64,000 nt of DNA, from the IMG/VR virus record IMGVR_UViG_3300031656_000001; one strand, 5' to 3'. Numbering within the stretch: the stretch's first letter is position 1; the number at the start of each line of letters is the position of its first letter. Of the stretch, positions 9,931-19,124 are shown piece after piece. The notes below the pieces were generated by a model, which ran no database searches, was not told where the DNA came from, and saw only the letters and a list, made by a program, of their open reading frames with translations. Source of the DNA: a virus. Both the position numbers and the translations under genes were made by a program.

Positions 9931-11026
9931 CTTCTAATATAGATTCAAGATCAATTTCTCTACCTTCGGTATTATAATTGAATACAGGTTTAATTCTTAA
10001 TTCAATTTTATCTAATATCTCTTTGGTAAATACTTTTTCAGAGAAGAATTCTCTAGTTGGAACAGTTTCATCTAAATGTTTACAAATCCAATTTCTTGCT
10101 GTAGATTTTGGAGTTTTAACACCTTTTTCAATAGTACCTTTTGCAATACCTATTTCTTCCCAATCAATATACTGTTCTAATCCAACATATGCATTCATTC
10201 CTTCTGTAAAGTGTAAATGAAATTTAATGTTATGTGGTTTAGCAAATCTATTCTTATTAGGTTTAGCTGTTACAATAATCCCTGCTTTTTCACCACTAGA
10301 TTCTTTTAGTTGTGCTTTACCTAAATATAATACGATTGACGCAGCATATTCAGGTCCTGTACCACCTCCGGCTACTTGCCTTGAGATAAAGTCTTGTGTT
10401 TGATATGTATGATTAGTAAAAATGAAAGGTATCTTAAGATCTGCGAGAGGCGTCATTATGATCCTGAATATAGATTTTAAAACCTTAGATCTTGTCATAT
10501 CTGCCTTTTCACTACCAGATCTAGCATCATCAATTTCTTTTTGTGTAGCTAAGTTACCTGCAGAATCAAGAATCATCATGATCTTTGGCGTTGTACCACC
10601 ATTTCTCTTAACTTCTTGCATCTTACTTGTTAATGTAGTAACTGAAGTTCTGAATTCTTGTACAGTATTAATTGGTTGATAATTTACTTTAGAAACATCA
10701 ATACCAAACTTAACCATTTGATCTTTATCAACTGCTGCTTCTGAATCATAATAGATTACAAAATATCCCATTTCTATTGCTCTTTTTACAGAGTTTAAAA
10801 CTAAGAATGTTTTTCCTGTACCTGATGGTCCTGCAATTGAACATGTTCTACTATTAGGCCAACCGCCGAAAAGTGAACCACTCACGCATGCATTTAAATG
10901 ATAATTACCAGTGTCGATCCACTCTGTAACTTCACTAAATGTGGAATTTTCCATTATTGAACCCAATGGATTCAAATCAGCCAATTCTTTGTTTAAGTCT
11001 TTGAAGCTAAAATCTTTTTTTGCCAT
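9920..11026 (-). CDS. uvsX: RecA-like recombinase UvsX
   Basis: IDTG...LN, Walker A GPSGTGKT, YDSE, LDS.G.L, NHTY, GGG.G..Y.AS. Confidence 0.95.
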   Translation of the reverse strand: MAKKDFSFKDLNKELADLNPLGSIMENSTFSEVTEWIDTGNYHLNACVSGSLFGGWPNSRTCSIAGPSGTGKTFLVLNSVKRAIEMGYFVIYYDSEAAVDKDQMVKFGIDVSKVNYQPINTVQEFRTSVTTLTSKMQEVKRNGGTTPKIMMILDSAGNLATQKEIDDARSGSEKADMTRSKVLKSIFRIIMTPLADLKIPFIFTNHTYQTQDFISRQVAGGGTGPEYAASIVLYLGKAQLKESSGEKAGIIVTAKPNKNRFAKPHNIKFHLHFTEGMNAYVGLEQYIDWEEIGIAKGTIEKGVKTPKSTARNWICKHLDETVPTREFFSEKVFTKEILDKIELRIKPVFNYNTEGREIDLESILEDED

Positions 11027-11074
11027 TTTTATATTGTTATTTTTATATTATATGATGAAACATTGAATTGTTTC

Positions 11075-11251
11075 TTATTGTTCAGGAAACGCCTCACGCT
11101 CTCGAAGCCTAAGTTCATTCAATTCTGCTACGGTTGTATCAGCCTCTTCCTTTAGAGCAATTATTCTTTCTTGAATACTTGACAATCTATTTAAAATAAG
11201 AGTGTACTCGTCAACATATTCCTGTTGTTCGGTTGTTAAATTTACTTCCAT
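11075..11251 (-). CDS. Small coiled-coil hypothetical protein (58 aa, below ORF-track cutoff)
   Basis: Manual translation MEVNLTTEQQEYVDEYTLILNRLSSIQERIIALKEEADTTVAELNELRLREREAFPEQ; fills gap in operon. Confidence 0.65.
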   Translation of the reverse strand: MEVNLTTEQQEYVDEYTLILNRLSSIQERIIALKEEADTTVAELNELRLREREAFPEQ

Positions 11252-11418
11252 AATTGTTTCTTTTCAAACATATCTATTTGTCCACTTAGTTGCTCATCAG
11301 CAATTTCTTGACTTTGAGCTTTTTTCATTTTCCATACAAGTTCTCTGACCTTTTGGCCAAATGTCATGTTGTTTGGATTTTCCTTTTCTAGTAAATATAT
11401 TAGTTCTTTTAATTCCAT
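11242..11418 (-). CDS. Small hypothetical protein (58 aa, below ORF-track cutoff)
   Basis: Manual translation MELKELIYLLEKENPNNMTFGQKVRELVWKMKKAQSQEIADEQLSGQIDMFEKKQLWK; starts 4 nt after PolB-C stop, overlaps next ORF. Confidence 0.65.
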   Translation of the reverse strand: MELKELIYLLEKENPNNMTFGQKVRELVWKMKKAQSQEIADEQLSGQIDMFEKKQLWK

Positions 11419-11422
11419 AATG

Positions 11423-12631
11423 TTAAAATAATGCCGAAGCGTAAATTAGGTTAGTGTCTAGCGTTTGTAATCCTATTGCCGTAAGCACTCTATTCAATGG
11501 ATCAATCATTGCTTTCTCAAATTGAGTATCGTAGTCCACTTTTGGTGCAATTTCATAAGGATGTTCGTTTGGTAGAAATGCATAAACCTCACTGATTGTA
11601 CCAATACAATTGTAGATCTTAAGCTTTTCACCATTTCCAATCAGCTTATACTTATTTTTATACTTCTTATTATTATTTAAAATATAATTATAGTATCCTG
11701 CTGCTTTTACATTTGCTGGACATTTTAGCCCAATCTGTAATTCTTCTTGATCATCTAAGATATACTTATCAATGTTGTTAGTTCTCTTATTAAATGAAAT
11801 ATTATCTATGTCAGTTAATTTGAATTCTTTCTTACATTTTTTCATATACTCTACAAGCAATTGTAACTCTGTTGCAGTTGGTTGTATTTCTGATCTAAAC
11901 AATATCTTAAGGCATTCTACTAAACGTTCTCTAGCAAACTTAGGTGTTGATGATTGTATTGTATCAAAACCAATTGTTTTTACTTTCTTAAGAGATGGAT
12001 GTCTATCTGTTACTGCTAGTTTATCGTCCCATGCAATGTTTTGAATGTATTTTTTCTTTGACATCCAAATTCCATTATATGCAAGAGATTCTAATTCAAA
12101 CATTAAGAAGTTATCTGTGTTTCTAACATCTGCATATTTCTCCATGCACTTTGTGATGTAGTCTCTTAATCTAAATGCATAGAACGCAAGAATAAACACA
12201 TCAATTTCCATCTTCTTAGATTCATCTTCCCAAATAATAGATTCGTATAAATCTTGAAACTGTACATAACATGAATCAGTATCAATATAAATTACTGAGG
12301 GTTTTTCAATCTTACCCTTGACTTTAATATTGAAGTGATTATGGACTGCAGTGTCCTTGTGCCAAAAATCATTAACATATTTGTTAAGTATTGTTTCAGA
12401 ATAAAGAATTGCATTTTTACCTTGTTTAGTTATAGATTCTGCTATGTCGATGTTGAAAAAGTGAAACCATTTGTTACCGAATGCACCATAAATAGAGTTA
12501 AGACTTAGTTTTACAGCCTGTTCATAAGCAGTGAATTTAGCAGAAAGCTGCTTGTAGTGGTCTACAAGCAACTTCGCCTCATCATCTGTTAGTTGATCAA
12601 TTGATTTATTTTCTAACTCTTCTATATTCAT
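11423..12631 (-). CDS. Family B DNA polymerase, C-terminal half (fingers helix, palm, thumb)
   Basis: Motif B KLSLNSIYGA, motif C YIDTDS, KKKY; no exonuclease or motif A. Confidence 0.93.
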   Translation of the reverse strand: MNIEELENKSIDQLTDDEAKLLVDHYKQLSAKFTAYEQAVKLSLNSIYGAFGNKWFHFFNIDIAESITKQGKNAILYSETILNKYVNDFWHKDTAVHNHFNIKVKGKIEKPSVIYIDTDSCYVQFQDLYESIIWEDESKKMEIDVFILAFYAFRLRDYITKCMEKYADVRNTDNFLMFELESLAYNGIWMSKKKYIQNIAWDDKLAVTDRHPSLKKVKTIGFDTIQSSTPKFARERLVECLKILFRSEIQPTATELQLLVEYMKKCKKEFKLTDIDNISFNKRTNNIDKYILDDQEELQIGLKCPANVKAAGYYNYILNNNKKYKNKYKLIGNGEKLKIYNCIGTISEVYAFLPNEHPYEIAPKVDYDTQFEKAMIDPLNRVLTAIGLQTLDTNLIYASALF

Positions 12632-12634
12632 TTA

Positions 12635-13378
12635 TTATGCAGTTTGGCATGTAGAGATTGTCAAAAGAGTTTCTGAATCGTTTGATTCGAAAACTACCTT
12701 AGAATCTGAAACATATACAGTTTGTTCTTCTTTGTCTAATAGATTTAAATACTTCTTGTAAACTGTAACTGCACCATTACCACTTGTATCGGGCGTAAGT
12801 ACTACATTAAATGATTTCCCGCTTACATTAATTCCTGCAACATCAGATTTGATACCGAATGTTTCGTCTTTGTCTAAACCAAATAGGTTTTTAACTTTTC
12901 CGATTGAATGTGTATCTAATTTAAAATCAAAATTAGAATCTTGTCTTGCAAAAATAGTATCACGTTGTTCTTTTGAAAGATCTTTAAATCCTAAAGAAGG
13001 TTCTGAACATGATAATGTAATTTCTAATTCGTCATTAAAGATACGTAATGTTGATGCTACGAATTCTTCATCGTTTTCAATGAATTCGAATTCACCTTTG
13101 ATAGCATCGTGTTCGAAGTGTTTAATAGCTTCAATAACTTTGTTACCCTCAAAGAATGCAATCTTCATTTCTTTGTCTGTATCTGGCCATTCACTTACTT
13201 GGAAGATTTTATCTGCAGCAATAGAGTGGTGCTTTACAGCATCTCTTTGTGGAAGATAAACAGTTGAATGGATTTGACCCTCTTTTATTTTCATATAAAT
13301 GAATGAGTCGATTAGTTTAACGCGATTGATAAACTCTGTTAGTGCATGTTGGTCAATGCGATCAATTTGTAATTTCAT
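12635..13378 (-). CDS. Probable DNA polymerase sliding clamp (gp45-like)
   Basis: 247 aa, acidic, alternating beta/alpha pattern, directly upstream of PolB-C; inferred from size and context. Confidence 0.5.
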   Translation of the reverse strand: MKLQIDRIDQHALTEFINRVKLIDSFIYMKIKEGQIHSTVYLPQRDAVKHHSIAADKIFQVSEWPDTDKEMKIAFFEGNKVIEAIKHFEHDAIKGEFEFIENDEEFVASTLRIFNDELEITLSCSEPSLGFKDLSKEQRDTIFARQDSNFDFKLDTHSIGKVKNLFGLDKDETFGIKSDVAGINVSGKSFNVVLTPDTSGNGAVTVYKKYLNLLDKEEQTVYVSDSKVVFESNDSETLLTISTCQTA

Positions 13379-13441
13379 AATTGTTATTTATTTAGATAAT
13401 GATATTTGAATATTATACCTATAACTATGAAATAGTTTCAT

Positions 13442-13474
13442 AAAAAAAGGACATACTGTTATGGTATGTCCTTT
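13442..13474 (-). terminator. Intrinsic terminator
   Basis: aaaggacatac-N7-gtatgtccttt perfect stem with A-run giving U-tail on minus strand, after 13501..13785. Confidence 0.8.
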
Positions 13475-13500
13475 GGTTAATTTTACTTTAAATTTTAATA

Positions 13501-13785
13501 TTATCTAAGACCTAATTCATCTCGTAAATCTTTCCAGTAAAAATCAGCAATGATTTCTTTAACTGTCATTTCATTATTTTCACCCCAATCAGATATGTAA
13601 TCAAACATTACTTCTTGGCTAAAATCGTCTTCGTCTAATTTACCATCCATGAATTCATCTTCATATGAATCATAAATGTCATCTGCAACCTCATCAGTAA
13701 ACACTCTAAGTTTTTTAATGTCTGATGATGAATATTTCTCGTTTAATGTTGAAGCAAATGCTTCAAATAATTTTACATGTTTCAT
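13501..13785 (-). CDS. Acidic protein with CTS-like leader (putative internal head protein)
   Basis: MKHVKLFEAFASTLNE leader; 26 of 94 residues D/E. Confidence 0.55.
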   Translation of the reverse strand: MKHVKLFEAFASTLNEKYSSSDIKKLRVFTDEVADDIYDSYEDEFMDGKLDEDDFSQEVMFDYISDWGENNEMTVKEIIADFYWKDLRDELGLR

Positions 13786-13817
13786 AATTATTTTGTTTTG
13801 TTTTGTATTATTTTGTA

Positions 13818-14546
13818 TTATTGCCAGTCTCCGCCGTCAATTGAACCACCATCTATTAAAGATGTGAAATCATCAACTGATGTTACTTCACTTGACCATT
13901 CTTGACCACCGTAGTTATCTTCGTCTGACCAAACTGCAGTACCATCCCAATTGAATGTGTATTCGTTGCCATCATCAAATGGATTTTCACCAACAATTGA
14001 TATAATATCACCATCGAATGATGCATCATATTGATTTTCTAAGTTTTTAAATTCTTTCTTAAGGTTTACTTTAGCTTCGTTGATATTTGCAACAAACGCT
14101 TCGAATAATTTTACGTGTTTCATAATTGTTTTGTTTTGTTTAACATGTTCTGATATTTCATCTGCTTCATAAATAAAAACTGATGCCTTTGATGGTGCAA
14201 CCTCTATTGCAGATCCTACGTAAATTTGAACATACTTGTGTTTTGCTAAATCGACAACTGCGCCCCATTCAGAATATTCAGCTGCATCTTCTTTTCTTTC
14301 TTCAAATGAATCTTCAGGAGCATCTCCGTATTCTATAGATCCTTCTGATTTATGACCATATGCTGTACCATCTGTTAATTTAAAATCGTTCATTTCAAAT
14401 TCAACTTCATCATCATCAAAATCAGGATCTTCTTTTTGTGCTTTTTCTAGTTCTGCTAATTTCTTTTTAGCTGCACCTTGATTTAAATACAAGTGTATTA
14501 CTCCATAATCTGGTGTATTTTCTGTTACTGCGAATGCTTTTGCCAT
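13818..14546 (-). CDS. Acidic two-module protein with internal CTS-like restart at 14123
   Basis: Internal KQNKTI-MKHVKLFEAFVANINE; downstream domain is paralogous to 14567..14878. Confidence 0.55.
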   Translation of the reverse strand: MAKAFAVTENTPDYGVIHLYLNQGAAKKKLAELEKAQKEDPDFDDDEVEFEMNDFKLTDGTAYGHKSEGSIEYGDAPEDSFEERKEDAAEYSEWGAVVDLAKHKYVQIYVGSAIEVAPSKASVFIYEADEISEHVKQNKTIMKHVKLFEAFVANINEAKVNLKKEFKNLENQYDASFDGDIISIVGENPFDDGNEYTFNWDGTAVWSDEDNYGGQEWSSEVTSVDDFTSLIDGGSIDGGDWQ

Positions 14547-14566
14547 AATATTATATTTTAATTTAT

Positions 14567-14878
14567 TTAGTCCCAGTTTTCTTCTTCTTCTGGCGCATGA
14601 TCATTAACGAAATCTATGAAGTCTTCTGCTGTTTTAATTTTGTCGCCATCATCAGACCTTGCAATCCTTTGGTCTTCACCATTTGCTGTTTCTTCTTCAG
14701 GATACCATGTGAATACCACTGCGTAGTCTTTGTTTTCTTCAAAATCCCATACTGTTATTTGGTTTCCGTCTAGCGTTACATTATGGAAGTAATCTTTGAT
14801 CTCTTTGAATTCTTTCTTATAAGATTTTGCTTCGTTTACTGTTGAAGCAAATGCTTCAAATAATTTTACGTGTTTCAT
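14567..14878 (-). CDS. Acidic protein with CTS-like leader (putative internal head protein)
   Basis: MKHVKLFEAFASTVNE leader; late promoter at 14911-14919. Confidence 0.55.
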   Translation of the reverse strand: MKHVKLFEAFASTVNEAKSYKKEFKEIKDYFHNVTLDGNQITVWDFEENKDYAVVFTWYPEEETANGEDQRIARSDDGDKIKTAEDFIDFVNDHAPEEEENWD

Positions 14879-14930
14879 AATTGTTTTGTTTTGTTTGTTG
14901 TATTATTAGGTTATATATCTATTTTTCTTT

Positions 14931-15018
14931 AAACAAAACGAAGCCGGGAAGTAGCGAACCCCCGGCTTCTATCCGAAAACTAGTTTCGGTCCTAAGAGTG
15001 GTATTCAAACCACACCTT
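14931..15018 (-). ncRNA. Candidate structured RNA (three consecutive hairpins, last one terminator-like)
   Basis: GTGGT/ACCAC, CCGAAA/TTTCGG, GAAGCCGGG/CCCGGCTTC stems in a GC-rich island right after the nrdA stop. Confidence 0.4.
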
Positions 15019-15022
15019 TATT

Positions 15023-16648
15023 TTAACCCTCGCAACTTGAACATTCAAGAATATCTCTTGCAAATGATTGCGCTGAACTTTGACTAAATTGATAGTAAAG
15101 CGTCTTAACGCCTTCTTCATGTGCATATAAATACAATTGATTAATATCCTTTGCTGGTACGCTTGGATGTATCATAATGTTTAACGATTGTGATTGATCA
15201 ATGAACTTTTGTCTCTGTGCCGCTTGTAATACGATTTCTTTTGGAGATAACTCAACAAATGATTTGAAAACTTCTTTAGTTGGAAAGTCTAAGTGTTGGA
15301 CAGATCCATCTCTTTTTAAAATATCTTCCCAAACTTGTGGAGTATTTAAATCATATTTGATTAATTCTTCAATAAGGAATGGGTTCTTATAGATAGTCTT
15401 TGACTTTGCCAAATCTTTAATAAAATAATTAGATTTGATTGGTTCAATACCCATAGAAACTTGTCCTAATATAAAAGAACTTGATTTAGTTGGTGCAACT
15501 GCAAGCAATGTTGTGTTTGCAAATCCAGGTCTAATTGATCTGTAACCTCTTTCGTCATGTAACCATTTAGATGCTTTTTCACTTCTTTCTTTTAAAGTAC
15601 TAAATATATCATGATTTAATCCCTTTGCTTGAATAGAATCAAATGTAATTAATTTAGATTGAAATAACGAGTGGTATCCAAGTACGCCTAATCCCAATGC
15701 TCTGTGTTGTTCAGCAAAACGATGTGCTCTTGCCATACCTGGCATATTTGTAGATTTCTTAACGAATTCATCCATTACTGCATTTAAGAATAATGTGTAT
15801 GTTTCGATTGCATCAGTATCTTTAATTTCATCCCAGTGTAAAAGGTTAATAGAACCTAAGCAACATACGAATGAATTAAAAGAATCTGTTGGTAACTGAA
15901 TCTCACTACATAAATTAGATGCTGTGATTTCTAAACCTAATTCTTTATATGGTGAATTGTTGTTTGAATTATCTTTAAACATAATATAAGGAAAGCCAAA
16001 TTCATTTCTCTTTTGAATAATCTTTGCCCATATTTTACGCTTATCAGAATCTCCAGCTTTCATTTCTGCAATCCATTCATCACCAACAGTAACTCCGAAT
16101 TGTAAGTTTTGAATAGGATTACCTTCACTACCAATATCTAAGAATTCTAAAATATCATTGTGTTCTACTGGTAACCAAGCTGCACATGCTCCACGTCTTG
16201 CTTCTGATTGTTTACATACATCAACTGTTGTATCATACATTCTAGCATAGTGTACTGGTCCATCTGCTGTACCTCCTGTTGAAATATTAGTTCCTCTTGA
16301 TCTAATATTTCCTAAATATACAGAAGTTCCTCCTCCGTATTTTGACATCATTCCTATTTCTCTACTTCCATTTAAGATGCTATCTAATGTATCATCAACG
16401 TTTGATCCATAGCAACTAACAGGAAGTCCTTTATCTTTTCCAAAGTTGATCCAAACTGGAGTTGATAAACTATAGAATCCGCGTTCCATATAATCTTCGA
16501 ACTTTCTCGCAAATCCATCAATTTTTAAATATCTCTCTGCTGTATTTGCGACATCTTTAATTCTTTGCTCTGGGGTTTCGTCAATATAACCCCTTGAAAG
16601 AAATTGCCTACTGTCTTCGTTAAGCCAGTAATTCTTTTCGTATTCCAT
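15023..16648 (-). CDS. nrdA: Ribonucleotide reductase alpha subunit, class I (Id/NrdAi-like), no ATP cone
   Basis: PVSC, GGGT, RRGA, SNLCSEI, CCLGS, APTKSSS, KTLYY, C-terminal CSSC. Confidence 0.95.
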   Translation of the reverse strand: MEYEKNYWLNEDSRQFLSRGYIDETPEQRIKDVANTAERYLKIDGFARKFEDYMERGFYSLSTPVWINFGKDKGLPVSCYGSNVDDTLDSILNGSREIGMMSKYGGGTSVYLGNIRSRGTNISTGGTADGPVHYARMYDTTVDVCKQSEARRGACAAWLPVEHNDILEFLDIGSEGNPIQNLQFGVTVGDEWIAEMKAGDSDKRKIWAKIIQKRNEFGFPYIMFKDNSNNNSPYKELGLEITASNLCSEIQLPTDSFNSFVCCLGSINLLHWDEIKDTDAIETYTLFLNAVMDEFVKKSTNMPGMARAHRFAEQHRALGLGVLGYHSLFQSKLITFDSIQAKGLNHDIFSTLKERSEKASKWLHDERGYRSIRPGFANTTLLAVAPTKSSSFILGQVSMGIEPIKSNYFIKDLAKSKTIYKNPFLIEELIKYDLNTPQVWEDILKRDGSVQHLDFPTKEVFKSFVELSPKEIVLQAAQRQKFIDQSQSLNIMIHPSVPAKDINQLYLYAHEEGVKTLYYQFSQSSAQSFARDILECSSCEG

Positions 16649-16670
16649 GTGTTTTAGTTTTTTAATAATT

Positions 16671-17648
16671 TTAAAATAAATCGTCTTCAGTTATTGACTT
16701 AGACTTCTTGTTGTAATCTACGCTTTTCTTATAAAAGAAATCGCCTTCTTTAGTTGATAGTATCTCTACGTCAAACCATAATGATTTTTCTAATTCAATA
16801 AGATCAATATCAAATATTGATTTCATTCCAATTCTATTTAATGAATTGTTAAATCTGTTTTTAATAAAGTTTTTAATATTTTCTTTAGATAAGAAATCAA
16901 GTTCACCTTTTTCAAATATCCAATCTAATATTTTGCATTCTGCTACATATGCTTTTTTACATGCTGAATCTATTAGTTGTTCGAATTCTTCATCGAACCA
17001 TTCAGGATTCTCTTCTTTAATAATATTGATCAATTCAGATCCAAAGTTTCCATGAATTTCTTCTTCTTTACTTGTAGCTTCGACAACATTAGAAATACCT
17101 TTAAAAAGATTCTTCTCTTTATTGAAAGACATCATAATAAAGAATTGACTAAACAAACTTACATGTTCAATGAATAAAGAAAATAATAACACTGATTTTG
17201 TGTACATTTTATTGTCTCTGCTTCTTGTTCCATCTAAATATTTAGTCAAGTATGCAATTCTGTCTTTAATTGCAGGAATCTCTACAACATGTTCGAACTC
17301 TTTTTCAAGTCCTAAGATTAATAGTAACTGTGCATATGCATCTTTATGTCTTACTTCAGATTCTGCAAATGTCATTCCAACATCTCCGATTTCTGTAATT
17401 GGCATTCTTTTATAAAGATCTGCCCAGAAAGTTTTAACATTTACCTCTATTTGCGCAATCGCAAGCATTGATCTTTTAATAACTTCTCGTTCTTTGGTTG
17501 AAATCTTAGTTTTAAAGTCATCGATATCTGTTGTAAAATTAAATTCTGTATGTATCCAATAAGAATGTCTGATAGCATCTTTATATGCCAAAAGCTGTGG
17601 ATATTGATATGGTAAAATGTTTACTCTTTTTTGAAAAATATCGCTCAT
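16671..17648 (-). CDS. nrdB: Ribonucleotide reductase beta subunit, class Id (NrdBi)-like
   Basis: AIAQIEVNVK, ESEVRHKDAY, EHVSLFSQF, KEEEIHG, DFF; Glu as first ligand plus nearby Lys as recalled for Flavobacterium class Id beta. Confidence 0.93.
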   Translation of the reverse strand: MSDIFQKRVNILPYQYPQLLAYKDAIRHSYWIHTEFNFTTDIDDFKTKISTKEREVIKRSMLAIAQIEVNVKTFWADLYKRMPITEIGDVGMTFAESEVRHKDAYAQLLLILGLEKEFEHVVEIPAIKDRIAYLTKYLDGTRSRDNKMYTKSVLLFSLFIEHVSLFSQFFIMMSFNKEKNLFKGISNVVEATSKEEEIHGNFGSELINIIKEENPEWFDEEFEQLIDSACKKAYVAECKILDWIFEKGELDFLSKENIKNFIKNRFNNSLNRIGMKSIFDIDLIELEKSLWFDVEILSTKEGDFFYKKSVDYNKKSKSITEDDLF

Positions 17649-17705
17649 ATAAGTGTTAAGTGTTTTGATGTTAATTATATATCAACTAAATATACAATGT
17701 AAGTA

Positions 17706-19124
17706 TTATTTAATTCTATTTAATTTTTTTAATTTCTTTTCTAGCTTAGCAGCCTTCTCGTAATACGCATAAGAGGTCTTTTTATAGTCCTTTCTTTGCT
17801 CATATAAATCTGCTAATATTTTTTTAAGAATAGAATCTTCTTTTTTGAATACCACTCCGTTTTCACAGACAATTACCTTTTTGTCTTTTCGTCTTGTTGG
17901 AATTTCTGCTTCAGGTACTTGCTCAACATATGATTCGGGGGAAATATTAAATTGTCTCATTATTGAAGGATATAGCGATGCAAAATCAAATGCACTTACT
18001 CCACTATAATATCCAACAATTGGTTGCTTAACGAAAGCTCCTTCGAATTTACCTTCTTTAAGAGCATCGGCTTTACCATATTCTACACCAATCTTTTTAT
18101 TCTGTTCTGCAAGTTTTCTTGCAAGTAGTGATTCTGTAATCGCAACAGGTGATGATGCTTTATATAATGGCATCTTAGTAATGGTTGCTAGAGTTAAAAG
18201 AACTTCCATCGATTTTAACTGTTGATCTATATAGTATACTAAACATGAATCGACTACGTTGTAATAAATGTACTTAGTAAAATCATTTTCATATAGTTCT
18301 TGAAGTCCTCCAGAATATTTAATTTTCTTAACATCTAAAACTGCTCCTGAAACAAAGTCTAATGAATTAGATTCTTTAACAGCAACCGATCTATCATATT
18401 TGTCATATAATTGCATGTAATCTAAAATACCCATATGTAATGGACGACTATCCTTTCTATCTAACGCACCAGTGATTGCCACTTGCTCCATATCGATCTG
18501 TAATCGTTTACATCTATTGACTATATACTGCCAATCATAGTTGATGAAATTCCACCCTGTCATCATTGGGAACTTAGGTAAAAACTTATGCAAAAACGTA
18601 TATAACATATTATACTCATTATCAAATTTATGATATGAGAATTCCCAATCTTGGTCGTAGTCTTTGAAATGTTTGTTGGTATCTGCCTGTATTTTCTTCA
18701 TATCTTCCTGAGACATGTCTTCTAATCCTAATACAATTGCTTTACGTTCTGGTGTAATTATTGAAAACGATAGAATTCTAGTTTTAGCTTCTTCTGCTTT
18801 TGGGAAACCATCAACTATTTCTGTTTCAATATCTACAAAGTACGTTCGTGGCATATTAAATTCGTAGATCTCTTCCCTGTCTTTTTCTGGTAGAGAATCC
18901 ATGAAATATAATAAACTAAACTTGTTGAATGATTTAGCGTAACCTCTTTTTAGAGCTCTACCATCCCAATTTCTATATGTTGCATCTTTGTGTTTATCAG
19001 TATCTTTAGTTACTACCCAATTTTGGAATTGATTAACGCCATATCTTTTAAATGATACTTTGCCCTCTTTGTCGTAGTAAGAAATAATTAGTTCCCTGTC
19101 GGTTTGCTCAATATCTAATAGCAT
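17706..19124 (-). CDS. Family B DNA polymerase, N-terminal half (3'-5' exonuclease + motif A)
   Basis: ExoI DIET, ExoII GWN...YD..Y, ExoIII YNVVD, motif A FDFASLYPSIM, NISPE; ends after L...RK.YKK fingers helix. Confidence 0.93.
   Translation of the reverse strand: MLLDIEQTDRELIISYYDKEGKVSFKRYGVNQFQNWVVTKDTDKHKDATYRNWDGRALKRGYAKSFNKFSLLYFMDSLPEKDREEIYEFNMPRTYFVDIETEIVDGFPKAEEAKTRILSFSIITPERKAIVLGLEDMSQEDMKKIQADTNKHFKDYDQDWEFSYHKFDNEYNMLYTFLHKFLPKFPMMTGWNFINYDWQYIVNRCKRLQIDMEQVAITGALDRKDSRPLHMGILDYMQLYDKYDRSVAVKESNSLDFVSGAVLDVKKIKYSGGLQELYENDFTKYIYYNVVDSCLVYYIDQQLKSMEVLLTLATITKMPLYKASSPVAITESLLARKLAEQNKKIGVEYGKADALKEGKFEGAFVKQPIVGYYSGVSAFDFASLYPSIMRQFNISPESYVEQVPEAEIPTRRKDKKVIVCENGVVFKKEDSILKKILADLYEQRKDYKKTSYAYYEKAAKLEKKLKKLNRIK

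Larger units (their letters stand above)
13748..14895. repeat. Three dispersed ~50-bp direct repeats (about 13748-13805, 14093-14141, 14841-14895) covering start context and MKHVKLFEAF
   Basis: gcttc(a/g)aataattttac(a/g)tgtttcataatt(a/g)ttttgttttgttt present three times. Confidence 0.9.

Noticed and set aside
14940-15013. Hammerhead ribozyme or tRNA
   Set aside because: CTTAGGA...GAAA does not match the CUGANGA core with proper stems, and no cloverleaf forms; kept only as an unassigned structure.
11423-19124. Split intein or intron joining the polymerase halves
   Set aside because: No Hint motifs at either end, and the intervening DNA is filled with ordinary genes, promoters and terminators.
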